Source of the DNA: a virus | Lineage: Duplodnaviria > Heunggongvirae > Uroviricota > Caudoviricetes | Reading direction: 5' to 3' (one strand) | IMG/VR virus record: IMGVR_UViG_3300042889_001305 | Length of the DNA: 64,000 bases | Shown: one piece after another, positions 34,998 to 45,537 of the stretch | How positions within the stretch are numbered: position 1 is the stretch's first letter | Layout of the letters: every line of letters starts with the position of its first letter | Notes under the pieces: model-generated | Told to the model about the DNA's origin: nothing | Databases searched by the model: none | The model's input: the letters and a program-made list of their open reading frames with translations, nothing else | Translations under genes and position numbers: made by a program

Positions 34998-35729
34998 TTA
35001 TATTTGTAGGTATATATACTCTGAAAACTCCTTATTTCCATTGGGTGAAAGATGCCAATCTCCATTATTTAATTCAGAATCACAAGTCCACCCTTTATTT
35101 ATGGTTAATTCTCGTAAATTTGTTAAAGCCGGTTCAATATATTTCCTAATATTATCACCCATTAATTTATCCCATGATAATAATAATGTTGATATATTAT
35201 TTTTTTTATCATCAATACCTTTTAAAGTATAGTATGTTGATAAAATAGAATTTCGTTGTAAAAATATTTCATTTGATAATTTTTTATTGAATATATTACA
35301 AAAGGTAGTTAACTCCGCATCGTAATATGGATATTCTTCATTAAAGTTTCTATGAGGTGAAAACGGAACAATTGAATTCAGGTCATTTTTTTTTAAAATT
35401 GAATGCTGAAATGCTATTCTATTCCAATAGGTTAATTGAAAAATTATTAGTGAATCATCATATATTTCACGAGGTAATCTATCTCCATATAGTTCTATTT
35501 GCTTATCATTATTAGGATGCGGAAATTCTAATTTAGAATTTATACAATTTAAATAATATAAATTTTCAATGTTTGAACTACCATTTATTGAATAGTTGTA
35601 TACATTTTTAGCTGATATATTTAACTTATCCGCTAACAAATCTACATATGATTTGCAATTAGGGTCAATAGAATTGGTATTTAACGAATGAGAACACCCA
35701 AAAATATATAAATGTTTGTATTTATTCAC
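34998..35729 (-). CDS. Hypothetical protein, weakly SGNH/GDSL-hydrolase-like
   Basis: The N-terminal LYIFGCSHSLNT resembles GDSL block I with Asp replaced by Cys. GTG start. Low confidence. Confidence 0.35.
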   Translation of the reverse strand: MNKYKHLYIFGCSHSLNTNSIDPNCKSYVDLLADKLNISAKNVYNYSINGSSNIENLYYLNCINSKLEFPHPNNDKQIELYGDRLPREIYDDSLIIFQLTYWNRIAFQHSILKKNDLNSIVPFSPHRNFNEEYPYYDAELTTFCNIFNKKLSNEIFLQRNSILSTYYTLKGIDDKKNNISTLLLSWDKLMGDNIRKYIEPALTNLRELTINKGWTCDSELNNGDWHLSPNGNKEFSEYIYLQI

Positions 35730-36498
35730 CCCAATACTTTTGTCTTAATTCGTACATATCAATTGCCTCTCTTTTCATTTGATTTCCAGCATGAAAATAT
35801 GCACCTTCTTTAAGATAACCACCTAAGAAATTTCTTCTCATTCTATTAGGGTCTTTATTTGGTTCTGACCCATGTACTACATGTGAGTGTAAAAGTGCAA
35901 CTTGTCCTTTTTTCAAATACCCTTCTATCTTACGGAAATCATGCCCTTCTGGCATTACACAACTTTTACCTCTCTCACTTCTCCAGTTATCGGTATTTGT
36001 TGCTTTTCTTTCTTCGTTATCTTCGATTGGTAAAACCGGTAATCTATGTGAACCTTCATAGTTCCATACTGCACCATTTTCAGGGTCGTGATTATCTAAT
36101 GCCAATGCAGTGTTGATAATTTCATTGTGTCCACAACCAGTATAGAATGCATTTTGATGTTGGTCTCTACCCAATTCGCCCTTTGGTTTGTAATAACCCC
36201 AAGTTTGTAATCCAACAACTCCACCTTCCATTAGGAATTCTGCTGCTTCTAAAATTTTTGGATGTGAAAATAATTTAGCTATTTTTTCTGATTCTCTATG
36301 TGGATACATAATGGGTTCGAACTCTTGCCATTTTCCTGGTTCTTTTTCATTACGTTCTACACGTAAACGGTCTAATTCTTCGTTGATTTCATCTACTTCT
36401 GCTTCGGTTAATAATTCCAAAACTGTGAAGCCTCGGTATCTCCAATCAAATGACATTTGTTGAAGTTCTTCCGTTGTAAGGTGTTTGTATTTTTGCAT
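35722..36498 (-). CDS. Fe(II)/2-oxoglutarate-dependent dioxygenase, PhyH (phytanoyl-CoA dioxygenase) family
   Basis: HQNAFYTGCGH and ALLHSHVVHGSEPN...R fit the PhyH HxD/E...H...R arrangement. 258 aa. Confidence 0.6.
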   Translation of the reverse strand: MQKYKHLTTEELQQMSFDWRYRGFTVLELLTEAEVDEINEELDRLRVERNEKEPGKWQEFEPIMYPHRESEKIAKLFSHPKILEAAEFLMEGGVVGLQTWGYYKPKGELGRDQHQNAFYTGCGHNEIINTALALDNHDPENGAVWNYEGSHRLPVLPIEDNEERKATNTDNWRSERGKSCVMPEGHDFRKIEGYLKKGQVALLHSHVVHGSEPNKDPNRMRRNFLGGYLKEGAYFHAGNQMKREAIDMYELRQKYWGE

Positions 36499-36564
36499 AA
36501 CTTTTGTGTTTTATATAAATATATATAATTTGTAAAAACGATAATTATTTTTTTATGATTGTTA

Positions 36565-36954
36565 TCACTTATAAAATTGTAATAAATTTGGTAGGTATAA
36601 TTTTAAGGTAGGTATTTTTTCATATACCAATTTTATTGCCCTTCTATTTGATTCACTTACACTTACATCAAATACATCACCATTTTCTCTATATTGAGTT
36701 TCCTTTGGGCCAGATATTCTCCATTTCAAAGAACAACGACTGAATAAGGGGTTTGTTTGAAATCTTAAATATGTTTTTCCATTGATTTCAAATATAGGTG
36801 AATTCACATCATTTACTTTTTTTATAAAATATCTACTGATATATCCACGAGTATAATCTAATTTAGATGGCGTAGGAATATAGGTATCAAATGAATCATT
36901 TGGTAATGATGTTGTTGGGTTTATCAACTTATTATATGAATCTAATATACTCAT
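36565..36954 (-). CDS. Hypothetical protein
   Basis: 129 aa, ATG start. It is translationally coupled to the 835 aa structural gene upstream. Confidence 0.4.
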   Translation of the reverse strand: MSILDSYNKLINPTTSLPNDSFDTYIPTPSKLDYTRGYISRYFIKKVNDVNSPIFEINGKTYLRFQTNPLFSRCSLKWRISGPKETQYRENGDVFDVSVSESNRRAIKLVYEKIPTLKLYLPNLLQFYK

Positions 36955-36956
36955 TG

Positions 36957-39464
36957 TTATTTAGGTTTACTTTCTTTACCTACTATTCTTAATTTAGATT
37001 TAACATCCGTTGTCCATGTCATACCATCTAATGTGTGGTCTACTTTCACTACTTGAAATACATTTGGTTGACCGAATTTATCAGGTAATCCATCTACTTG
37101 AAATTGGTCGCCCACTTTAAATCCACTTACACCATGTACTTTGAAATCAAAATCAGCAACACCAAATGGTGGATTTTGTGTATTATTAGCAGCTTTCGTT
37201 TGTAAAGTTTGACTAACGGCTAAACCCTTATCAACTAAAAAACATTGTCTTAGGGCTGATGTGTCATTCCATGAACCTACCATTAATACATTTTCAATTG
37301 TGTTATCGTTAGCTGCACTATCAAAAAAGGTTTTAGTTATATCTAGTTTTGCCTCTCTATCTTGAATTTTAGGATATACTGCACCTGTTTTTACAAAAAA
37401 TTCAAAATTTGCTACCTTAGCCTCTAATTCTAATTCATCTGCACTTTTTCGTTTTGGTGGGTTATTTGATGTATCAGGTGGTCCTTCTTCTTCTTCCTTT
37501 TCTGCTTGTTGTATTCCTGCTAGGATAGTACCAACAAAATCTTGTCTTCTAGAAAATACAGTTCCTAAAGCCGGACGGGGATTTAATTCAGGACTATGGT
37601 CATATGTATGACCCTTATCATCTTTTAATTTATTATTCACAACCGATGACATCATTGCGGCAGGAACTTCTACTGAAAAATCACAACTAATAAATGGCGA
37701 TTTAACTCCTCTAGATTGAAATGTTACAATACCACTATTATTTGAGATATCACCTAAAAAATTTAAATCAACTACTGCTAATTCATATTTACCATCTGGA
37801 GTTGGTTCAGGTACTTCTTGTATTTGAAATTTCCAAATTGAATTACATGCAGATGACATACCATTTAACATTTCATAAAAAACATCTCTAACTACAAAAT
37901 TTGGTTTACTTATACATTCTACGAAAAAATTAAAATTTATATATAAATCTTTTAAGTATCCCCAAAATCTAGCTTTTTCTTGTACTGCTATAAATGTAGA
38001 ATCTGCTTGAGATTTTGCACTTATTCCCCTTGTATTTGGAAATGCATATGGAACTAACCTACTCTTACCATCTGATGGGTCTATTCTTGAATCTACGTGT
38101 TGTAGCCAGGGGTATGATGTTAGTTCTGCTAAAGGGTGTATATTTGAAAAATTTTTGGAATCATCTAACGCATCAAACTCAAAATAAGTTTTTATTTCTT
38201 TATCCGCGGATAGTGCATCTAAAAATTTAAAATTTGGAGTAGTTGGATTTGGTATAAATAATTTTGTAGGGTCAGTCGAAAACATATGTGGAAATCCACT
38301 AATATAAGTATTTTTAATATTAATTAGTTTACTACGAGTTTTATAACTACCACATGAACTTGGTTTACTTTTTAAATCATATACATAACTATTCATTATT
38401 TCACATGCCAATTCAAATCTAATAAATTTTTCTTCTGATAATAGCGGTAAATCTTTGGGTATAGCCACTTCTGCGCCAGAAGATGATTTTAATTCACCTG
38501 CCTCTGATAATGCATCTTTTAAAGTTTCCCCAACTACTTTATCTATGTTTACAAAATTAGCAGTATCTGACCATTGTGGATTGTTCCATAAATTATAAAC
38601 TTTAGGTGTCCTTTTTTGTCCAGGAAGTTGATTAAACATTTGCATAAAAAGTGCGGCACCTATTTTTTTATCACCTACCTGTGTTTCAATTTGTTGTGGT
38701 GAAAAAGTCTTTCCACTATCTTTTTTATTTTCATTTGTGTTATTAGCATCTCTATGCGTTTGCATATATTCAGCTACATTACCAACTGATGTTAATTTTA
38801 CTTCCAATTCATAACTTTCATTATCTCCAAATGAAATTCCACCGCCAGTTACAATACCTAAAAATGCATCATAAGTAAAATCAGATTTAATTCTTTTTTC
38901 TTTAATTGTAGACCATTGGTCGTATGCAACTAAATCACAATTTGTTACCTTTCCACCGCCTCCAACTTTTTGTGCATTTGATTTTTGAGTATTCCAACCC
39001 CACTCACATAAGGCATGAAATCCCGGTTCTAAAAAATATCCGGCTAATAAATCAGATTGTTCTTTTGTAAATGCACGAATTTTAATAGTTGCTAATCGAC
39101 TACCACCTTCAGCTTTTTCATCCATAGTCATAGATGTTATAATAGGTGGTGGTCTAAGTGCTCTACTTCTACCAGATGGTATCCATATTTCATCACCACT
39201 AAAATTTCTACCGATAGCACCAGGGCCGATGTAAGAACCACCATTTGAACCATATACCGATGTGAAATCAGTAGCGTTTGGATTTATTGATTCTAATATA
39301 CACCCATTTGGTGCCACCCCAGCTAATAATCTAATCCAAGTAGATAGACCACTAACACCGGGATTTGCTTTTACATTCCACGGGTTATTGTTACCTGCTC
39401 TATTTTTTAGAGTAGTTTCTAATTCAGGATATATATTTGATAAATTTGGAAATGAACCTGGCAT
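36957..39464 (-). CDS. Large virion/baseplate-associated protein, putative
   Basis: 835 aa. It sits in the tail module between the LysM-like protein and small genes. No catalytic motif recognised. Confidence 0.45.
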   Translation of the reverse strand: MPGSFPNLSNIYPELETTLKNRAGNNNPWNVKANPGVSGLSTWIRLLAGVAPNGCILESINPNATDFTSVYGSNGGSYIGPGAIGRNFSGDEIWIPSGRSRALRPPPIITSMTMDEKAEGGSRLATIKIRAFTKEQSDLLAGYFLEPGFHALCEWGWNTQKSNAQKVGGGGKVTNCDLVAYDQWSTIKEKRIKSDFTYDAFLGIVTGGGISFGDNESYELEVKLTSVGNVAEYMQTHRDANNTNENKKDSGKTFSPQQIETQVGDKKIGAALFMQMFNQLPGQKRTPKVYNLWNNPQWSDTANFVNIDKVVGETLKDALSEAGELKSSSGAEVAIPKDLPLLSEEKFIRFELACEIMNSYVYDLKSKPSSCGSYKTRSKLINIKNTYISGFPHMFSTDPTKLFIPNPTTPNFKFLDALSADKEIKTYFEFDALDDSKNFSNIHPLAELTSYPWLQHVDSRIDPSDGKSRLVPYAFPNTRGISAKSQADSTFIAVQEKARFWGYLKDLYINFNFFVECISKPNFVVRDVFYEMLNGMSSACNSIWKFQIQEVPEPTPDGKYELAVVDLNFLGDISNNSGIVTFQSRGVKSPFISCDFSVEVPAAMMSSVVNNKLKDDKGHTYDHSPELNPRPALGTVFSRRQDFVGTILAGIQQAEKEEEEGPPDTSNNPPKRKSADELELEAKVANFEFFVKTGAVYPKIQDREAKLDITKTFFDSAANDNTIENVLMVGSWNDTSALRQCFLVDKGLAVSQTLQTKAANNTQNPPFGVADFDFKVHGVSGFKVGDQFQVDGLPDKFGQPNVFQVVKVDHTLDGMTWTTDVKSKLRIVGKESKPK

Positions 39465-39471
39465 AATTTAT

Positions 39472-39759
39472 TTATTTTGAAAAACTATTTGAAATTTCTA
39501 AATAATTTTCTGGTATTCTTAGTATTGTTCCATCGTTTACTGCGAATGGTGCATCGTGGATATTGTTAGCAGTTGCTATAATCCACCATAAGGATGCATC
39601 TCCGTAAAACTGATGTGCAAGTGTATCCAATCGGTCACCCGTCTGGGTCACTGCGTAAATATCAGTATCTCGTAATGGTATATTTGGATATATCTTTGTT
39701 CTGAAGACTTCCCTACCATCTTTGAGTTTTTGTATTTTATTATTTGTATATCTTGACAT
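39472..39759 (-). CDS. LysM-like tail protein (phage P2 gpX-like)
   Basis: TGDRLDTLAHQFYGDASLWWIIATANNIHD..DGTILRIP parallels P2 gpX QGDTLDAICVRYYGRTEGVVETVLAANPGL..GTAVELP. Confidence 0.55.
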   Translation of the reverse strand: MSRYTNNKIQKLKDGREVFRTKIYPNIPLRDTDIYAVTQTGDRLDTLAHQFYGDASLWWIIATANNIHDAPFAVNDGTILRIPENYLEISNSFSK

Positions 39760-39804
39760 AATTTAATTTATTTTTCACCGGATAGTTTACTATATTAAGG
39801 TGGG

Positions 39805-42414
39805 TTAGATTCCTTGCTCTTTAAGTGGGTTAACTCCGTTATTAACCATTCTGAACCACGTATTGTATCTCATTGCTACGGCAACTCCGGCTTTATTTAT
39901 AAAGAAACACATATCTCTACTTGATGTTTGTCCTTTATAGGTTACCGGTGCGTAATATGCAGTTTCAGTTGCTTTTTCAATACTACCATCACTAATTTTA
40001 CTACCTAATGCTATCTCATCGGCCATTCTAGCAGCTATCAAATCTGGTATACCAAGTTCATCTTTATAGTTTGTATACGCCTCTTTTCGAAGTTCTTCTG
40101 CCCTGGTTTCCGATTTTTTAATAATTGCAGCCAATAAAGCAGGGTCAATACTTTCTTTTGGTGTTTCTGCCGGCTGTCCTGTATCTAATGATTTTGGAGT
40201 TGAATCCATCCCTAACATACCGCCACTTGTTGATTCTGTCTTTGGTGGTTCAGTTTGTGCTACCCCCACACTATTAATTGGCGGTGGTGGTGTTGTTGGT
40301 TGAACTACTTGGATTGTATTTGTTTTTGTAATTACTGAAGTACCACCGGTTTTTGGTTCTTGACTTACAGTATTTGTATTACCAGATTGTTCAGCCTTTC
40401 TCTTATTAATTACTTTAACCGCCTCTTTAGAAATTGGAGTTCCATAAAGTTTAAGTTCTGAACCAACATTTTCAACAAATTTAAATTCCATTTGGACTTC
40501 AACTATTTTTGGTAATTGATTACCATTTACAGTTTCCCATGTACCATCATCAGGGAATGTGTACGAAAGAGAGTTTATAAATGCAGTTTTTCGTTGATAC
40601 ATATTACCCAATGTAAATTCAATAAATGGTGGATTTACTAAATTACTCTTATCAATAGTTGGATATGCTTTACCTGTTAAAAATTGAATTCGTTGCCACA
40701 TTGTTGATAATTCATTAGAATTCATACAATACATTTTTAATTGCAATGATAAGGTTCTTTCTACTCCACCATATGTGTAGTAACTATATGGATTACCGAC
40801 AAATTTAGCAGAATCCCAAGTTGGTGAAACAGTTTCACTTAAACTTGTTATTAGGGTTCTAAAATATACTTTTTTAGAATCACTTACACCTGCTATTGAA
40901 AATGTTACCAAATCTTTATCATCGCCATTACCAATACCACTTACTCCATACGAACTATTAATTAAATCACCATTATTACTTGTAATTCCATATTGCGTTT
41001 CTATTGTAGTAATTTTTTGGCCTCCTGCTACTCCACTATATGTATTAGTTGGGTCATTAGGCATAACAGCACCAGTATTATTTTTTATATCTTTAAATGC
41101 ATAGGGTGATGTACCAAATACACCATTTGTACCTCTTCTATCAATTCCATATACCGGTGATACTAATTTCAAATCAATACGTTCACTTACTTTTTCGTTT
41201 GTATAATCACCTAATTTTCCACTATAAGTGGTTGGAGTTGCAGTAGTTGTTTTAGTTTTTGCTTCAACTGCTTTATCTATTTCTGGTTTTGATTCAGTAC
41301 CTTTTAATTTATCTTTTATTGATGTAGCACTTTTTCCTAACTTTTCTTTAGCCTTACCAATTTCTGCAGAATCTTTTACTGCAGTATCGGTAGATTCAGC
41401 AGTTGGCATTCTTAAATTAGTTTCTGTACTATTTGATGTTATATATGAACTATATTTTTCATTATATGGTCTAGAATTATCAGCTCTTTCTTTAGCTTTT
41501 TCCTCTATAAGTTTGTCAAGTGCAGATGGGTCTGCAGTCTTTTTTAATTTTTGTTTTAGAGATGCAGTTGCATTTGCAGATGCCTCTCCTAATTTTTTCT
41601 TAGCATCAAGTTGTAATTGAGTTACTTTTTTGGTAATATCAGTTGCAGCTTTATCTACTTTACTTACTGATTTTGAATTAAATTTAACATTATCAATTTG
41701 TTTTGAATATGGTAGTTTTGAACTATATTCGTATTTATCAGTTGCACCTGCAGTATTAGTACCTAATGAGTTTGGATTACCAAATAGGGTAGTTCTCAAT
41801 TTATCTTTTACTAATGAGATACCTTGTCCTATTATTTGTTTGCCAATTGTTTTTGGATTACCACCACCAGTATTCTTTAAGAATCTACCAACGATTGTAC
41901 CCTTTGCATCATTTTTGATTTTTGAAAGAGTAATCATTGTATCTGGCTCTAATCCTGCTTGTAATTCTCCTGTATTATTTACATAAGTTGGTATCACATT
42001 TTGTGGAATACCTAAACGAGAATTTATACCATCTCTTGCTTGGTTTAGGGATGTTACTTTACCACCAAAAACAAATTTACCAAACTTACCACCGGTAATT
42101 GCACCTAATCCTTTACCAATCAATCCACCATCTCCTGCACTTCCACCCGTTGCCTGTTTCATTTTCTCAACCGATGATGTACTACGAGTTGCTATACGAA
42201 TTGCTTCGTTACCATATATTAATGGATTATTTAATTCTACCTTAGTTTTTATACGAATACCACTAAGTTCTTGTTCTATTAAAGTTAGTTTATCTGGTTT
42301 TACACTTTTTTCTTGTGTAGAACCTGCAAATAATTCTTGCACGGGAGTTAAGTCCAATATTTTTGGAGTTATATCTTTATTCGAACCTTTAAATAATTCT
42401 AATATTGTTGGCAT
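39805..42414 (-). CDS. Large tail/baseplate protein with a Lys-rich coiled-coil and Pro/Thr linkers
   Basis: 869 aa. It is downstream of the tape measure gene. It contains a TTPPPPINS linker. Confidence 0.45.
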   Translation of the reverse strand: MPTILELFKGSNKDITPKILDLTPVQELFAGSTQEKSVKPDKLTLIEQELSGIRIKTKVELNNPLIYGNEAIRIATRSTSSVEKMKQATGGSAGDGGLIGKGLGAITGGKFGKFVFGGKVTSLNQARDGINSRLGIPQNVIPTYVNNTGELQAGLEPDTMITLSKIKNDAKGTIVGRFLKNTGGGNPKTIGKQIIGQGISLVKDKLRTTLFGNPNSLGTNTAGATDKYEYSSKLPYSKQIDNVKFNSKSVSKVDKAATDITKKVTQLQLDAKKKLGEASANATASLKQKLKKTADPSALDKLIEEKAKERADNSRPYNEKYSSYITSNSTETNLRMPTAESTDTAVKDSAEIGKAKEKLGKSATSIKDKLKGTESKPEIDKAVEAKTKTTTATPTTYSGKLGDYTNEKVSERIDLKLVSPVYGIDRRGTNGVFGTSPYAFKDIKNNTGAVMPNDPTNTYSGVAGGQKITTIETQYGITSNNGDLINSSYGVSGIGNGDDKDLVTFSIAGVSDSKKVYFRTLITSLSETVSPTWDSAKFVGNPYSYYTYGGVERTLSLQLKMYCMNSNELSTMWQRIQFLTGKAYPTIDKSNLVNPPFIEFTLGNMYQRKTAFINSLSYTFPDDGTWETVNGNQLPKIVEVQMEFKFVENVGSELKLYGTPISKEAVKVINKRKAEQSGNTNTVSQEPKTGGTSVITKTNTIQVVQPTTPPPPINSVGVAQTEPPKTESTSGGMLGMDSTPKSLDTGQPAETPKESIDPALLAAIIKKSETRAEELRKEAYTNYKDELGIPDLIAARMADEIALGSKISDGSIEKATETAYYAPVTYKGQTSSRDMCFFINKAGVAVAMRYNTWFRMVNNGVNPLKEQGI

Positions 42415-42416
42415 AA

Positions 42417-44975
42417 TTAAGCTCCCATTAATCCAAATCGGTTTTCACCACTTTTTTCGTTTGTTTTCACTACTGCTGATGAAACTTTTTCTTTATCCAT
42501 ATAGACATCTCTATTAGAATATACCGCTGAGATTAATTCATCTAATTTAGCAACAACTGCAGTGTTATCTTGTCCTCCACCCATCATACCACCCAATAAT
42601 CCACCAATACCAGTTCCTAAGCCTGTAGCAATTGTTTCCAATAAACTAGCAGGGTCTTTAGTTGCTAATAAAACATCCGCTGGATTTGTTCCTATTACTT
42701 TACCATCTTGAACCACACCATCGTTAATACTTGAAGTTGTTGCGGTACTTCCATCAGTTTTTGCTTCATCACTTATTCCTAAGAATGAACCTATCGAACT
42801 AAATACACTCCCTATTCCGTTTACTGCCCACATAATCGGGTCTACTATATATTTAGAAATTGTATCTCCTATAAAACTAATTACATCATATATCAATCCA
42901 AATCCTTTTACTAAGAAATCTACAAAAAATCCAATTGCTCCACCTACTAATGAACCAAATATTTTACCAATACTACTAATAACTCCAATTATTGGTTGTG
43001 CAAATTTCATCATTACTTCTTTGAATTCACCTATTTTTAAAAACAATGGTTCTAATGCATCAAACGCAGCTTCAAATGGAGTAAGTAATGCATTTGTTAT
43101 TGCAGAACCGATTGCTACTAATGGCATGACAATTGCAGATATAACATCATAAACTGCTTTAAGTGGTTTGAATACCATTTTAAACGCCAATCCTATAACT
43201 CTAAATATCGGTAATAGAACTGCGTTTAATATTGTAAATAAATCATTTAATACTGGCATTACAAATGCTGCTATTGGTTCGAACATATCACTAAATCCAG
43301 TTTTAAGAGCAGATGAACTATTTGCAAGGTTATCCATTACTCCTTGCATATCCTTTTGAGATGATAATCGTTTAGTTTGTAAATCTAAATCCTCTTTTGA
43401 TAATGAAGTGATATCTCTACCAGAATCCATTAAGGACATTGCCGATGCTAATTGTTCTGAATTTAATTTACCAAATTGTTCTCTAATTCTTTGTTGATTT
43501 ATTAAATCACCCATTTGCATACCAGTTGCTTTAGTAAGAGCATCTTGTTCAAATTTATTTAATTTTGTTAAATCACCTAAACTCGATACTTGGTCTAATA
43601 CAGCCTGTTGTGCACCCAATATGTCATTATTAGCTGCTAGATATCTTGCTTGAGAAAGATTTAGGTTTGTTCCTAATATTGCACTTGCTTCTAATTCTGA
43701 GGTAATACTACTTTCAAAATCCAAAAGATTATCTGCAACTGCACCTGCTTCTTTAATCGATGTTCCTAATTTTGCTGCTTGAACTGCTGCTTTAGCTAAT
43801 TCTTTTGGAGAACCATTAAAATAACGATATGCATATTCAGAACTCTCCGCCATATCTGCTATTACCTTTGAAGGTGCAACCCCAGCCATCTTTGCCATTT
43901 CAGCAGTTTGACCGATTAGTGCTTGTGATTGTGCGGCAGTTAATCCACCTATATTTTGAAATACTTTATTTAATTCGGCACCTTGTTCTACCCCAACACC
44001 AAAGTTTTTATTCAACATAACCATAGAACCCAACACTTCTCTTGAAGGTTGCTCTAGCCCGCCAAATGTTTGTGTAAACGCGGTTGCAGATTTACCTACA
44101 TCTTCTGCACTTACACCTAATCCTGCGAATTCAGTTGATACTGCTTTTATGTTACCTTGTAAAGTTCTAGTTTGAGAATTTAATAATCCGGTTTCCTCTC
44201 TAAAAGATTTTGCTGCTGCTTCTATTTCTTTAAATCTCTCCAACCCTACTTCAAATGCTTTGTATAAAGCATATGCAATTAATGCAACTGCTGCAACTAC
44301 TGCGACAACGGATAATATTGCTATCCCTTGAGGTCCTAACAATCCCATTATCATATTTTTAGCAGAACCAAATCCTCTACTTAATCCGGAAGTAAATGAT
44401 TCCATCATATTAGAACCCTTATTAGTTGCTTGAGTAAATCCCGTTTTGAACTGAGTCATAAAACGTTTTTTTACTGCATCTATACTTCCTTTTGCTTTAT
44501 CTGAGAAGGGTGTCCAAAATCTATTAAATAGTGTTTCCCCTATTATGGGTATACCTTTTATTTTTTCACCAATGGAATCTAATGATTTTACAAATTTATT
44601 TTGTAAATTATCTGCAATTCGTTGGGTTTCATTTATTATTTTTAATCTAGCTAATTCCTTTTTTACAATAGCATCTGCTGCATCTAATTGTGCTAGATAC
44701 GTTGATTTCATTTTTTCATTAACACCAAAATTTGATTGTAGGACTTGTCCTTTTTGGGCCGATAATTTAATTAGAGCCTCTTCGTAGGATTTTTCATCCT
44801 TTAATGAGTTTAACACTTTTTTAGTTAAACTTATTTCTTCAAATATTTTTTTATTGCGCAAATCAGAAGCTTCAGCAGTTTCTTCAATAGCCCTCTTCAT
44901 ATCACCTATGATAGATGAGGTATATTTGACTGCATCTTGATATTCTTTTTCTTCTGCTGTTTTATTTTTTGCCAT
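42417..44975 (-). CDS. Tail tape measure protein
   Basis: 852 aa. Coiled-coil N-terminal region. Hydrophobic and Gly-rich segments (IAILSVVAVVAAVALIAYALY, GLGTGIGGLLGGMMGGG). It sits in the expected position after the tube and chaperone genes. Confidence 0.7.
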   Translation of the reverse strand: MAKNKTAEEKEYQDAVKYTSSIIGDMKRAIEETAEASDLRNKKIFEEISLTKKVLNSLKDEKSYEEALIKLSAQKGQVLQSNFGVNEKMKSTYLAQLDAADAIVKKELARLKIINETQRIADNLQNKFVKSLDSIGEKIKGIPIIGETLFNRFWTPFSDKAKGSIDAVKKRFMTQFKTGFTQATNKGSNMMESFTSGLSRGFGSAKNMIMGLLGPQGIAILSVVAVVAAVALIAYALYKAFEVGLERFKEIEAAAKSFREETGLLNSQTRTLQGNIKAVSTEFAGLGVSAEDVGKSATAFTQTFGGLEQPSREVLGSMVMLNKNFGVGVEQGAELNKVFQNIGGLTAAQSQALIGQTAEMAKMAGVAPSKVIADMAESSEYAYRYFNGSPKELAKAAVQAAKLGTSIKEAGAVADNLLDFESSITSELEASAILGTNLNLSQARYLAANNDILGAQQAVLDQVSSLGDLTKLNKFEQDALTKATGMQMGDLINQQRIREQFGKLNSEQLASAMSLMDSGRDITSLSKEDLDLQTKRLSSQKDMQGVMDNLANSSSALKTGFSDMFEPIAAFVMPVLNDLFTILNAVLLPIFRVIGLAFKMVFKPLKAVYDVISAIVMPLVAIGSAITNALLTPFEAAFDALEPLFLKIGEFKEVMMKFAQPIIGVISSIGKIFGSLVGGAIGFFVDFLVKGFGLIYDVISFIGDTISKYIVDPIMWAVNGIGSVFSSIGSFLGISDEAKTDGSTATTSSINDGVVQDGKVIGTNPADVLLATKDPASLLETIATGLGTGIGGLLGGMMGGGQDNTAVVAKLDELISAVYSNRDVYMDKEKVSSAVVKTNEKSGENRFGLMGA

Positions 44976-44977
44976 AA

Positions 44978-45244
44978 TTAGTAATCAAATCCTAAATATT
45001 TTCTAACTGATTGAGGTATTGCCTTTTTAACTGCTTCTTTATCGCCACCGAATCGTTTTTCAATAGTTTCACGAGCAGTTTCGATTGATTCGTCTGCATC
45101 TTTTATTGCTTTAGCTATATTTTTATCACTTTTTAAATTACGACTTAATATAGATAAAAATAAATTACTAATAAATCCTTCTTTCAATTTATGTTTAGTA
45201 TAAATTTCTTTAAAAAGTTGTCTATCTTCTTTTGTTAATTTCAT
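44978..45244 (-). CDS. Hypothetical small protein
   Basis: 88 aa. ATG with AGGAGAA 7 nt upstream. It lies between the frameshift region and the tape measure gene. Confidence 0.4.
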   Translation of the reverse strand: MKLTKEDRQLFKEIYTKHKLKEGFISNLFLSILSRNLKSDKNIAKAIKDADESIETARETIEKRFGGDKEAVKKAIPQSVRKYLGFDY

Positions 45245-45280
45245 AAGGTTCTCCTATTATACTCCTATAAATATAAGACA

Positions 45281-45310
45281 TAAAAAAAGTGAGGAATTTA
45301 TTTCCTCACT
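45281..45310 (-). terminator. Rho-independent terminator overlapping the last codons of ORF 45298-45537
   Basis: Perfect 9 bp stem agtgaggaa / ttcctcact with a 5 nt loop. An A7 run on the plus strand immediately follows in the minus-strand direction, giving a U7 run. Confidence 0.55.
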
Positions 45311-45537
45311 CTTACACCTGGTCCTTTTGATGGTTGGTTATTTTTTTGTGCTTTATTTGCATTATCACTTTCTCGTTTCTTTGTATCTACCAATTCTTTG
45401 TAATAAAAATTTCTTAAATGAACTGGTAATCTATATACATCCGATTGAATGAACCCATTTCCATGATAACATAATTCAAAAATTTGTCTATGTAATAGGA
45501 TAGAATAATTACTCGGTAGGCCAAAAAAAGCTAACAC
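45298..45537 (-). CDS. +1-frame extension ORF with no ATG of its own, candidate frameshift product of gene 45509-46264
   Basis: Its nominal start is a GTG lying inside the upstream gene's ATG-GGT-GTT. It overlaps that gene by 29 nt across a T7 run (AGC TTT TTT TGG in frame 0, GCT TTT TTT GGC in frame +1). Confidence 0.3.
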   Translation of the reverse strand: MLAFFGLPSNYSILLHRQIFELCYHGNGFIQSDVYRLPVHLRNFYYKELVDTKKRESDNANKAQKNNQPSKGPGVRVRK

